A stretch of DNA of 64,000 bases, from positions 193,752,001-193,816,000 of the forward strand of contig NC_058368.1 in the NCBI RefSeq assembly GCF_018350175.1. Direction: 5' to 3'. The stretch is from Felis catus. Taxonomy: Eukaryota. This document shows, piece after piece, positions 25,922-38,089 of the stretch; within the stretch, counting starts at the first letter, position 1, and each line of letters begins with the position of its first letter. The translations under genes and the position numbers were made by a program. The notes below the pieces were generated by a model. It saw only the letters and a program-made list of their open reading frames with translations. It did no database searches and was not told the DNA's origin.

Positions 25922-26279
25922 ATGTGTTATTATCTTCAAATTACAGTTGTGGAAACTTAGGCAGAGAGAGGCCAATCCACTTGCTAAGGTCCTGCAGCTG
26001 GTCAATGGGAAAACCGCAAATGGGCCCCAGGCAGTCTGGCTTCCAAGACTGAATTTTTAACTACTGTATACACTGTCCACTGACGTACTACTTCTCAAAA
26101 AAAAAAAAAAAAAACAACAAACCTTAAAAAGTTATCTTCATAAATTCTCTAATTTGGATTTTGTCTCAACCTGCCCTTCTACCCATTTAGACTGAAGGCA
26201 TAAGGGGATACACACTTTTATTTTCCCCCTAGATGTCAGTGTGACTTAGTAGACAGAGCTAGGCAATGTGTCTAGGTAC

Positions 26280-26480
26280 CAGGAAATCAATTTCAAGGCT
26301 CAATTCCACCATCTTATAGGAGTCACTATAAATCTCTCTAGGACTTCCTTTCCTTATCTGGCCAAGGGAACAATGGTAGCTGCCTGATCTGTCCTCCTGC
26401 ATTGTTGTGAGGATCAAATGATGTCTTGCATCTGAATTTTCTTTCATGGAGGGCTGCCTATATATGCTCAGCCATTATTC
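26280..26480 (+). mobile_element. MIR SINE
   Basis: CTTCCTTTCCTTATCTG, TTGTTGTGAGGATCAAATGA. Confidence 0.55.
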
Positions 26481-26911
26481 TGTGCTGAATGCCTCTCAAA
26501 TTTATAGGCAGATTTCCAGGAATCCACTAGAGGAAATGCATGTTTGAATATATTATTCACATATGGAAGGTTATAGGTGAACAAAATGAGACCAGCACAA
26601 AATGGTGGGCTTCCAGCACTGTTCCAGATGTTGTCACCTCATATTCCTAGCTTATTCACCCCTCATATGATACTAGGGACAAATATGGGGATCAAAAATT
26701 TATTGAACAAATGTGGGAGATAAATAAATAAGATATTATCCCTGCTCTGAAAATGTTTCCCAAATAAATGGGGAGATAAACACACCTGAGAGATGTATAA
26801 TTAGGTTGAGGACGATGCATCTTGTCAAAATTAAGAGTGAGAATGCCGGAACAATAGATTAGAATCATACAAGGAAAACTGGAGCTGGAAGGGATCTGAT
26901 ATATCACAAAT

Positions 26912-27335
26912 TAGTGGTTTTAAAACAGTGCTCGACAGAATCTTAGAGGTTGCTGGAGGTGCCTAGGAACTCTTCATATAGTTAGGGATGTCTAGGTGGC
27001 ATACCATGTTCAATCAGGCTGGCTATGCATTGTTTCTTTTGAATATTGGACTTCCTGCAAGTATTTTTAAAGTTTATTTATTTATTTGGAGAGAGAGAGT
27101 GAGCATATGAGCGAAGAAGGGGCAGAGAGAGAGGGAGAGAGAGAATACCAAGCAGGTTCCACACTGTCAGCACAGAGACCGACACAGATCTCAATCCCAT
27201 GAACCTGAGATCATGACCTGAGCCGAAATCAGGAGTTGGATGCTGAACCGACTCAGCCACTCAAGTACCTCCAGAAATATATATATTTTTTGAATAAAGC
27301 TTTTTTAACTAAAAAAAATTATTTGAAATCCACTT
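26912..27335. mobile_element. hAT-Charlie MITE (MER117-like) inside a MIR3/MIRc, split by a SINE
   Basis: TAGTGGTTTTAAAAC ... TTTGAAATCCACT TIR-like ends. MIR-like flanks GAGCTGGAAGGGATCT | AGAGGAGAAAATTGAGG. Confidence 0.55.
27063..27272 (-). mobile_element. CAN-SINE
   Basis: Reverse SINE: TTTATTTATTT, GA run, GAGATCATGACCTGAGCCGAAATC, ACTCAGCCAC. Confidence 0.93.
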
Positions 27336-28419
27336 AATGACATTCAGATTCCTTTGTTAAAAGAGGAGAAAATTGAGGTTTAAGTAGAAAATTATTGCAC
27401 CTAAAGTGCAGTTCCTACAGAGAATTCAGTTTTTTTCCTTTGTATTGGAAGGGAATTGAGACAAATATTGGAAATATAACTTAACAATGCCAAAAATACA
27501 AAAAGAAAAACACAGGCTGAAAACCCCAAATCATACCACAGAGAATGTTTTATAGTTAAGTGAAGTAGTGAAATAATAAGACCAACACAAAGATTTTTGT
27601 TATTGTTAGTCTTTTATTTTAAATAATTAGTTATATTTTGAATCTTTTTATCCAAGATCTCTACTGGAGAATAATTTATGGAGAAGTGTTGGCTCGGGCT
27701 AAAGAGGAAGAGGATTTAAACCATCAGAAAAGAGTTGAAATGGTTTCCCCAGGAAGAAACAGCACATTTGGATGTTTTCTTGCTTCCTGATGAGGGGTAG
27801 GTTATAATTACAGAAAAAAACTTCTTTTATAGATACATTTTGTTTTGTTCACTTTCAGTTTAGAGAAATCTTTTTTGTTGTCCTTTAAACCTGTTGAAGA
27901 AATTGCATAAAATTTTCTCTGTGCAATTCCTTACCTATGTTGTCTTGAGACTTTTATATCTTTGTGTCTTTCTGGACTTAAATCCTTGCATATTTTGGGA
28001 AACTTAATGTAGATTAAAATGTTTATCTCCTCTGCCTCCTAGCATTTCCCAAGTATCATTTAGGTAAAATCATGGGAGAAAAAAGTCAACAGATTTCTTT
28101 TGGAAAGGGTTTTGCAGTTTTACAGCATCACTTGCCAAAGAAAATGGCTGAGTAAATGCCATGTCCCAGTGTAAATATAAACAGAAAATTGGTTTATCTT
28201 CTTTCAGGTTGTGGTACATATGGCTGTAAGAGTTCCCATGGGTCTCTCTAAACATTTAGGAGGAAAACAGTAAAAACTTGGTAGTAATATGTTTCCAATG
28301 CAGTAAGCCAGAGTGTTCTAGTTTATGAGTGATCTATTAGTGTCTAGCACGTAGGGGATGCTGCTTGGGTGACTGTGGTCCCAGTTTCTTAGCATCCCTG
28401 AGCAACATTAGATTCATTT

Positions 28420-28815
28420 GAAAAGTATAAGACAGAAGTACATTCAGCTGGAAGAAAACAGGAAACCTGACTTCAATGGCTTTCACAATAGGAATTTAAT
28501 TATCTCATGTTACAAGGAGTCAGGAGGTAGGCCATCTAGGGCTTCTATAGTAGTTCTATGATCCTTTGTCTTCCTATATGTTGCCTCCTGGTTACAAGAT
28601 AGCTGCTGCATCTCTAGGCCTCATTTCCATCTTCTGGCAGGAAGAAGGAATAAAACATCTAGCATTTCTAGCAACTCTTGATTTGTTTATATACAGAAAG
28701 AAAAGCCGTTCTCAGAAACATTTTCTCAATCTCATTGTTAACCTTTGTGCATCAGGGCGATCTATATGTGCAAGTGATGGCAGGAAATCAAGAATTTTAG
28801 CTTTCCATCTTTTGT
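28420..28815 (-). mobile_element. Old MaLR LTR (MLT1K/L-like)
   Basis: AACAGGAAACCTGACTTCAATGGCTT, GTTACAAGATAGCTGCTGCA pattern. Confidence 0.5.
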
Positions 28816-29117
28816 AGTACAGAAAGACAAAGAGAGAATTGGAGTGTGTATAAACTTGGGGAGGCCAGTTCATAATGCATTCCAGAGAAAGTTCAACTTG
28901 AAAACCAAAATAGCACACATTTTTATGCAGAGAGCCATTGAGGCATGTGAATTGAAGCATCATTTTTTCCATGTCTAAGTGCTAGATTGGTTTGGCCAAC
29001 TCTGTCCTCAAAATTAACCTGTCTCAAGGTCTGCAAAGTCATTGAATGACTAATTTCTATGGGATTATTTTACACTATTTAGATACTGATTAATATAGAC
29101 TTTATGTTTTGTCCCTT

Positions 29118-29675
29118 CCTAGTGAGCACCTGTACTTTTTGCTACCAAAATCCATTTATTACCTTTTTCTCTGGTAACGGAGAATCCAATTTTCATTTCA
29201 GAAGCTACACTACCCACACCTTTAGTCCATATGGTTGGGACGGGCTGACCCCATCTTTGCAGGGGTCAGTGAGTTGTGATGCATTAGCCAATCAGCCCGT
29301 GGCTTTCACCTGGATTGATTGGATTGCTTGACTTCCCAGGCATGGGGGTGTGATCCAACTGGGGCCAATAAGAGATAACCCTAAGCCTCTGGATGACACT
29401 GCTGAGGAAGATAGGCTTCCTTTTCCATTAGCTTAGAGCTACAAGGGTCTAAACTTGAAATATTGGAGGACACCACATGGTGAGTACCTTCCTGAACGTG
29501 ACACCAACATGGAGAACAGTGGAACAAACAGGTAGGAAGAGACTATACCCTGGATCCAGCCATGTCTGAAGCCAATATATCTCTAAACTTCCCAGGCATG
29601 TTAGCCAATAAATCCCCATCCTTTTCATTTTTGCTTAAGCCAGTTTCAGTTGTGTTTCTATCTCCAGCTCTGACA
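29118..29675 (+). mobile_element. Old MaLR LTR (MLT1K-like)
   Basis: CCTGGATCCAGCCATGTCTGAAGCC, GCCAATAAATCCCC, TTTGCTTAAGCCAGTTT end. Confidence 0.7.
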
Positions 29676-30116
29676 ATGCCTTCAATAATACAACTTCTAA
29701 AAGAAATTTTCTCTTTCAAAGTAGACTGTCCTTACTCAGAGAAATAAATTTCTATTGGTGAAAATCTGAGCACAAGGTCATACCAGTGTGGGACTATATT
29801 TCAGTCCTTTTAAATCACATTATCTATTGATGGAATACTTATCCATGTGTAGATATGAAGAAAACAAGATATTGTGGTTTACCAGCTGCAGAATAGATGT
29901 TCAGAGCCCAGAGTTCTAGATCTGACCATAGGAACAACTTTCTATATGACTCTATTCAAATAGTTTCAGCCTTCTGAATGTTAGCATTTTGATTTCTAAA
30001 ACTGGGTTAAAAACACTTGCTGTCTCAAACTGCCAATTGGAGCTCAAATGAAACCATATATGGCATGGGCCCAGGTGAAAATAAAGCACCATATAAGCAA
30101 AATACATGGTCTAGAA

Positions 30117-30331
30117 AAGGGGTCATCAAACTATGGCCCACAGGCCAAATCCTGTCTGCCACCTATTGTGGTAAATACATTTTTATTGAAATATAATCAT
30201 GTCCAATCATTTAAGTTTTGTTTATGGCTGCTTTTATGCTAAAGGGAGAAATTTCAACAGAAACTATAAGGTCTACAAAGCCTAAATATTTACTGTATAG
30301 ACCATTATGATAAAACTTTGCTGACCTTCTG
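30117..30331 (+). mobile_element. MER58A hAT-Charlie MITE
   Basis: GGGGTCATCAAACTATGGCCCACAGGCCAAATCC ... AAAGCCTAAATATTTACT ... TTTGCTGACCTTCTG. Preceded by the GTCTAGAA target. Confidence 0.85.
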
Positions 30332-32099
30332 TTCAGAATTAGGACAATCTTTTTAATGCTACGAGGAAAAGCTCTCCTATCTAAACAGTATATCCTGGAA
30401 GATTAGTCAGTATTCACTTTTCTCATTTCTTCTTTTCCACTCTCCTCCACTATGGTTTTAATGGCATCAACACTGAAAAACTGAGAAGTATAGAAAAATG
30501 AAAATGGGAGTAAATCAAAAAATGTTCTTTTTAAAATATGCATTGCACACAGCTGTTGAACTAAAATTTGATTATTATTCTATTGGAACAAAAGCATTTT
30601 GGACAGCTAGATTGGTACTTTAAAATACATGCAAAAAATGTCTCAAGTTGGAATCCAAAGAATAACTTCTGCTTCGTCAGCTTGTGTGTGTCACATCAGC
30701 TGTTTGCATATGGTTGGGCAAGTTAAATCATTTGCTCAAATAGTCTTGTCTTCAGGATTTTACAAAGGGAAGGGTAGAATAATGGTATTTGCCCTTTAGA
30801 ATGGGTCACTTAACACAACTCCTCTGCAAAGGTATTTTTTGAGACCATTATGTGGGCCTAGCACTGTGCCAGGCAGTGAGCCAAAGACTTGACAAGACAG
30901 AATGATTGCTCATGATCCTTGACCTCATGGCACTTAAATTCCATCAGAGAATGCAGTTTTCATTTAGTTTCTGTTTGATTCTGATCTGCCATTGGTTATC
31001 TTTTTCTTAAATTCACTAGCAATGGGGAACACATTTCTTGGTTGAATAGATGTAATCATCAGAGATTTTATTATTGCTATTGGTATTATTATTATTAACC
31101 CAAAACAAAGTTCCTTATAGTGTCCTTTTCCTTGTCCTGAAAGTATACTCACAGCATCACAGATACCTTCTTCTTTCTTTTTCACATAATAGTTTTTGAG
31201 GTAGTGAAAAAGTTCTCAAGGTCTCTTGCTCTTCTCCAAGTTAAAAAATCCATAATTTTTCTGACTGTAGATTTCACAACTGAGAGTCTACTAAATGCTA
31301 ACCCATGTTCTTTTCATTCTAAATTATCCTTAGTGTATGTGAAAGTTGAGATTTGTAATGAAAAACCTGCGATTAATCTCTATGAGGAAGAGATTAAATT
31401 ATTTTGCCCCTAAATATGATAGGGGTAATACATAATATCTGCTTATTAGGGCTCTTTCTAAATCTAATTCACTTGATTATTCACATTAAGCGTGAAAATT
31501 GGTGCCAATTACTAGCTTGAAAAATTGAATTGTGGGATATAAGAAATTTTAATTTTCAGTAATTTTTAATTAATGAAATGTCAGATAATATATCTTTTTA
31601 CTACTTTTAGGTTTAGCCTGAAAGTGTTTTGAGTTGCTTTGTAAACGACTTCTTTTGACACCAAATGAATTCATTCTAGGTAATATTATCCCACAAGAAG
31701 AAAAGGCATGGGCTCTCAATCTTCTAAATATATACACAGAAATCCTAATCTCAGTTTTTGCCTTATTTGAAATGACTTATTGAATTTTAAAACAGCACCC
31801 ATCTTTAGAAACTGTACCACTGCATCTTGGAGAAGATCAAATGATTCCTTTATCTGCATTCCACCTTCCAGGAATACTTCCTCCTCTGTTTAATTTTTGC
31901 CTGATAGTCCGGAGTGGAATCATTGTTTGAACCAGATTTCAAAAGCAGTTATATTGAAATGCTCTGACCTTATAACATGGCTAATCTGGTAAAGAGGAGA
32001 TGCCAGAATGGCCACCTCATCATCCTGATCCCTATTACTCTCACCCCCAAAGATCATTGAACTTGTCCACACTTGCCTTTCCAAACAAGAAGCAGGTGA

Positions 32100-32657
32100 G
32101 ATAATGTTTCAGCTACCTAACAAACAAACACGAGACTTCATAGCTTAAAATAGCATTTATTTTCTTGTGAATCAGCAGTGTGGACATGGCTCAGTGGAGA
32201 CTGTCCCTCTCTGTCCCATCTGGAATCACCTGGGCAGCTCAAAATCTTGGAGGTGGAAGCAACAGAAGGCTTACTCACTTTCCTGTCTGGTGCCTGGTCT
32301 GGGTAGGGACAAGCAGCTGGGGGCTGGAATGTGTGGGGATCCTCTATCACTATGTGGTCTCACCATATGATATCTCCAGCATAATGGCTTCAGGGTGGCT
32401 GGACTTCTTATATGTGTTCTCAGTGTTCCCAGGTACATGTCCTAAGAAAGTGAGCAAGGCAGAAGCTCTAATACCCTTCATAGTTTAGCATCAGAAATTA
32501 TGCAACATCACTTCCATTATACTTATAAGCCCATCCAGATTCAAAGGCAGAGAATAGACTGTCTCTTGAAGAAGAAATGTCGAGGTCACATTGTAAGAAG
32601 AACGTGTGGGATGGAGGATATTTGTGTGGTTTCCTTTGGACAATGCAATCTGCTACA
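32100..32657 (-). mobile_element. MaLR LTR (MLT1F/G/H-like)
   Basis: GCTTAAAATAGCATTTATT, GGCTTACTCAC, TCTCCAGCATAATGGCTTCAGGGT, CAATCTGCTACA end. Confidence 0.7.
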
Positions 32658-32749
32658 GACAAGGACAGAAGCTCTACCCCAGATCTTGTTGTTGAGAACA
32701 TTTCCCACTTGGGAAACTTATTTAAACAACAATGTAAACTCGAGAGGAG

Positions 32750-33008
32750 TTCTAGGTGTTACTTCCCACGACCATTTGCTCTCTCTGGGTCTGTAGATTG
32801 TAAGGTGGTTGGAAAGTGTTCTCCTCTCTCAGTACAATAACCTGGACAGTCATAGGGTTGAATTTGTTCATTATTGTCTCACTGCCTGGCATCCAGAGTC
32901 TTGAAAATATTGTTTTATGTATTTCATTTGCTTGTTTGTATTTGGTAGTTTTATGCAGGAGTGCAGATTTGGTCCCTATTGCTCCGTTTTGGTCTGACAT
33001 AGAAGTCT
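32750..33008 (-). mobile_element. Ancient L1M 5'-end fragment
   Basis: Reverse complement GACTTCT.TGTCAGACCAAAACGGAGCAATAGGGACC resembles old L1M 5' termini. Confidence 0.45.
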
Positions 33009-33723
33009 GGAATTTATTTTTTAAAAGTCACATTTATGGGATGTTTTTGAGTGGTCCTGTCTTAATGCAGGTGAATGAATGAAATAACCTGCTTTCCCTC
33101 CACCACCCTTAGTCCTGTTTTCTGCTGCTTGGAAGATGTTTATTCTGAGAGATAATTTTTTCAGAAACTTGGATTTCCTCTTGGGGTCCATAATTTGCTC
33201 TGCCTGAGTGTTATCAGGCTGTCACCACAGTTAGCTCTGAGAAAGAATTTTTAAATGTTGTCATTCTCCTTTCAGACTGAAGGTTTTCACACACAGGCAT
33301 TGTCATTATTACCTTTATCTGATTTAGTGCCATAGAAACACAAGTCTCAGGCAAATCATCAATAGAGTATTTAAAAAGGCTAACATTTGATAAATAATTT
33401 CCCACCTCCTTCACCATAGACATTTTATGGAGACAAAATTGTTCCTGCAGTTTCCTGACAAATGAAGGTATTGGCAAGATCGTTGTAGTTAAGAAGGTGG
33501 TGAGCATAAAGGTGCAGTTTTACCTCCCTTGTATTTCAGTTTTCATTCTATTTTCTATTCTATAGTGATTGGGACCAACCTATGCGACAGCCTCCACTTG
33601 GGCAATTACCGCTTGATAGAAATATTGAATGTGCTTCCATGGCGGGGACAGAATTTGGTTCTCAAAGCCAAAGTATTATTCATGGAAGTCCGTGGTGCTT
33701 CTTAACAGTGGTGACTACCTGAT

Positions 33724-33724
<1 letters not shown>

Positions 33725-33805
<81 letters not shown>

Positions 33806-33839
33806 TGCCTCTCTCTCTCTCTCTTTCTCTCTGTCTCTC
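33725..33839. repeat. (CT)n microsatellite
   Basis: Directly visible. Confidence 0.95.
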
Positions 33840-34013
33840 TGATCTCCTGGGCTACCCAGCCCAAGCCTCGCCTCCATGGGAACCCAATGTGGCATATTGA
33901 CTCCCTGACTCTGCAATAGGACTGTTTATTGTTCAGTCGACTTTCATTTGTGAAACACAGGCGTCAAGCTGTGAAAATCTAATCCAATCCTCTTTTTAAG
34001 AATGGGGAAGTGG

Positions 34014-34175
34014 GCCCCGCGTCAGGCTCTGGGCTGATGTCTCAGAGCCTGGAGCCTGTTTCCGATTCTGTGTCTCCCTCTGCTCTGCCCCTCCCCCATT
34101 CATGCTCTGTCTCTCTCTGTCCCAAAAAAAAAAAAATAAACATTGAAAAAAAAAAAAATTTAAAAAAAAAAAAAA
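34014..34175 (+). mobile_element. 5'-truncated young CAN-SINE (left unit of dimer)
   Basis: Starts within the B-box (GCCCCGCGTCAGG). Identical to 34250-34401 apart from A-run lengths. Confidence 0.96.
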
Positions 34176-34401
34176 GGGGCGCCTGGGTGGCGCAGTCGGT
34201 TAAGCGTCCGACTTCAGCCAGGTCACGATCTCGCGGTCCGTGAGTTCGAGCCCCGCGTCAGGCTCTGGGCTGATGTCTCAGAGCCTGGAGCCTGTTTCCG
34301 ATTCTGTGTCTCCCTCTGCTCTGCCCCTCCCCCATTCATGCTCTGTCTCTCTCTGTCCCAAAAAAAAAAAAAATAAACATTGAAAAAAAAAAAAATTTAA
34401 A
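34176..34401 (+). mobile_element. Full-length young CAN-SINE (right unit of dimer)
   Basis: Intact CpG-rich head with A and B boxes. The dimer is flanked by TSD AAGAATGGGGAAGTGG (33998-34013, 34402-34417). Confidence 0.97.
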
Positions 34402-34419
34402 AAGAATGGGGAAGTGGAG

Positions 34420-35076
34420 TTTTGGGTGTTGAGTTTGGTAAGTTCTTTACAGACTTTGGATACTGACCTTTTATCCAATGTCATTTGCAAATATCTTTTC
34501 CCATTCCGTTGGTTGCCTTTTAGTTTTGTTGATTGTTTCCTTTGCTGTGCAGAAGATTTTTATCTTGATGAGTCCCAGTAGTTCATTTTTGCTTTTAATT
34601 CCTGAGGAATGGATAAAGAAGATGTGGTTTATATGTACAATGGAATACTACTTGGCAACGAGAATGAATGAAATCATGCAGCAACATGCAGCTAGGTATT
34701 GCACTGAGTGAAATAAGTCAGTCAGAGAAGGACACATATCATATGTTTTCACTCATATGTAGATCTTGAGAAACTTAACAGAATACCAAAGGGAAGGGAA
34801 GGGGAAAAATAGTTACAAACAGAGAAGGAAGGAGGCAAACCATAAGAGACTCTTAAGTACAGACAACAAACTGAGGGTGGATGGGGGTGGGGGTCGGGGA
34901 GAGGAGAAAATGGGTGATGAGCATTGAGGAGGGCACTTGTTGGGATGAACACTGGGTATTGTATGTAAGCGATGAACCACAGGAATCTACCCCCAAAATC
35001 AAGAGCACACTTTACACACTGTATGTTAACCAATTTGACAATAAATTATATTTTAAAAAATGGAATTAAAAAAAAA
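34420..35076 (+). mobile_element. 5'-inverted/deleted felid L1 (inverted 34420-34602, sense 34603-35076)
   Basis: Minus-strand ORF2 text, then sense [14 protein letters not shown], 3'UTR and polyA. 18-bp TSD AAGAATGGGGAAGTGGAG at 34402-34419 and 35077-35094. Confidence 0.93.
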
Positions 35077-36861
35077 AAGAATGGGGAAGTGGAGGTTTAG
35101 GAAGAGGAAAGGATATGCCCGGGTCACACAACAAGATTCTGACTAAACCAGAGACAGAACATAGCACAGCCTGCTTCTAGCAAACTCCAATACTATAGTC
35201 ACCAAGTCAAATTCTCTAGAAAATATTAAAGAGGAAGGGTATTATCTGTACCCCCCCCATAGCATTTTCATAGGATTATGGCATGTAAAAGCAATTCTTT
35301 GGTAGACCTCATTACAAAGGAGTTTAATCAAGCCCCTAATTCAATATCTTTTTCAGTTTTGCTGCTGAATTTCTTTGCCAAATTCTCAGATGCTATATAA
35401 ATAATTATATACAATAGCAAGAGGACAATAATAATCTTCCATATTAGTATAAGGCTATATATTTTTAAAAGCGCCAGTACGTATTTTTTTAATTTGGTTT
35501 TGTAATAGAGACTAGTTATATTGAACCATCCAGCACCCAATCACCCATTCTCTCTTCCTGATAGCAGGGTATGTGTATGTTGCAGGTGTGAGAATTACTT
35601 CTTTCCTATCATGTGATGTCTCAGTGAGACTGCAAACCAAGTCACCTTGCTTTCCTACTATAGTGATCAAAGTGTTACCAAAAGACTTATTCCTTTAGAT
35701 CCTTTGTTTTTTTTGTTTTTTGTTTTTTTGTTTGTTTGTTTGTTTGTTTTGTTTTTTTGGGCTGGTCTTGTACAGCCAAAGGGAAATCATGTGACTTAAG
35801 TTTTCCAATCAGACTCTCTCTCCCAGAAATGTATCTTGAACATGGTGGTTCCAGATGAGGACAAGTGTAGAGATATTTCGTTAGATTGTATTGGATGTAA
35901 AATTGATGGTTTGATAGATTATGCCATGATGATCAGATGTTACATTTGTATCCTTAAAAACTAACATCTTACTTGCCTTCAACACTATGGGTCCATAGAA
36001 ATGCAGTGGATTTATGTACATTTATTTTGTATCTTGCATTTTACTGAATTTGTTTATCAGTTCTAGCAGTTTTTGGTGGAATATTTTGTTTTTTTTTTTT
36101 ATATATAGTATCATGTCATCTGTAAATAGTGAAAGTTTTACTTCTTCCTTACTGATTTAGATATATTTTATTTCTTTTTGTTGTCTGATGGCTGTTGCTA
36201 GGACTTCCAGTACTATGTTAAATAGCAGTGGTGAGAATGTCGCTGTCTTGTTTCTGGCTGCACTGGAAAAGCTCTGTTTTTCCCCATTTGGGATGATATT
36301 TTCTATGGGTTTTTCATTTATGTCCTTTATTACATGGATATATTCCCTCTAAACTTACTTTTTTGAGGGTTTTTATCATGAATGGATTTTTATACACCAA
36401 AGTGAAGCAGTAGAAAGAGAAATTAAGGAATCTATCCCATTTACATTGAAGCAAAATCAATAAGCTACCTAGGAACAAATCTAAACAAAGTGGTGAAAGA
36501 CTTGTACTCTGAAAACTATAAAACATTGATGAAAGAAATTGAAGATGACACAAAGAAATGGAAAGACATCCCATGCTCATGGATTGGAAGAACAAATATT
36601 GTTAGAATGTCTAAACTACCCAAAGCAATCTATGACATTTAATGGAATCCCCACCAAAATACTAACAGCATTACACCTGGGTGGCTCAATTGGTTAAGCA
36701 TCTGATTCTTGGTTTCAGCACAGGTTCTCACAGTTCATGGGACCCGCATCAGGCTCTGTGCTGACAGTGCAGAGCCTGCTTGGGATTCTCTGTCTCCCTC
36801 TCTTGATCTTCTTGCTCCCTCTCTTTCTTTCTCTCCCTCTTTTAAAAATAAAATAATCAAT

Positions 36862-38089
36862 TCCTAGCAGTGCTATTGCTGGGTCATAGGGTAGATCTAT
36901 CTTTAATTTTTTGATGAACCTCCACACTGTTTTCCAGAGTGGCTGCACCAATTTGCATTCCCACCAACAGTGCAAGAGTGTTCCTGTTTCTCCACATCCT
37001 CTCCAGCATCTATGGTCTCCTGATTTGTTCATTTTGGCCACTCTGACTGGCATGAGGTGATACCTGAGTGTGGTTTTGATTTGTATTTCCCTGATGAGGA
37101 GCGATGTTGAGCATCTTTTCATGTGCCTGTTGGCCATCCGGATGTCTTCTTTAGAGAAGTGTCTGTTCATGTTTTCTGCCCATTTCTTCACTGGGTTATT
37201 TGTTTTTCGGGTGTAGAGTTTGGTGAGCTCTTTATAGATTTTGGTTACTAGCCCTTTGTCTGATATGTCATTTGCAAATATCTTTTCCCATTCTGTTGGT
37301 TGCCTTTTATTTTTGTTGGTTGTTTCCTTTGCTGTGCAAAAGATTTTTATCTTCATAAGGTCCCAGTAGTTCATTTTTGCTTTTAATTCCCTTGCCTCTG
37401 GGGATGTGTCAAGTAAGAAATCGCTACGGCTGAGGTCAGAGAGGTCTTTTCCTGCTTTCTCCTCTAAGGTTTTGATGGTTTCCTGTCTCACATTCAGGTC
37501 CTTTATCCATTTTGAGTTTATGTTTGTGAATGGTATGAGAAAGTGGTCTAGTTTCAATCTTCTGCATGTTGCTGTCCAGTTCTCCCAGCACCATTTGTTA
37601 AAGAGACTGTCTTTTTTCCATTGGATATTCTTTCCTGCTTTGTCAAAGATGAGTTGGCCATACGTTTGTGGGTCTAGTTCTGGGGTTTCTATTCTATTCT
37701 ATTCTATTCTATTCTATTCTATTCTATTCTATTCCATTCCATTCCATTCTATTCTATTCTATTGGTACATGTGTCTGTTTTGAAAGACAGATACCATATG
37801 GTTTCACTCTTATGTGGATCCTGAGAAACTTAACAGACACCCATGGGGGAGGGGAAGGAAAAAAAAAGAGGTTAGAGTGGAAGAGAGTCAAAGCATAAGA
37901 GACTCTTAAAAACTGAGAACAAACTGAGGGTTGGTGGGGGTGGGAGGGAGGGGAGGGTGGGTGATGGGTATTAAGGAGGGCACCTTTTGGGATGAGCACT
38001 GGGTGTTTTGTGGAAACCAATTTGACAATAAACTTCATATATTGAAAAAAAATTTTTAAAAAAGCCAAAAAAATAAAAAATAAATAAAT
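36862..38089 (+). mobile_element. Young felid L1, 5'-inverted (inverted 36862-37781, sense 37782-38089)
   Basis: Minus ORF 36715-37557 is mostly open ORF2 C-terminus including the CWRGCGE..HCWWEC motif. Perfect 17-bp TSD AAAATAAAATAATCAAT at 36845-36861 and 38090-38106. Confidence 0.95.
37689..37763. repeat. (CTATT)9(CCATT)3(CTATT)3 pentanucleotide microsatellite
   Basis: Counted from sequence. Confidence 0.95.

Noticed and set aside
33998..35094. CRISPR-like or recombinase-site array (three identical 16-mers)
   Set aside because: Fully explained as target-site duplications in eukaryotic DNA.
36715..37557. 280-aa minus ORF as a novel L1-SINE fusion protein
   Set aside because: It is the inverted ORF2 C-terminus running by chance into antisense SINE. 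There is no promoter or splice evidence.
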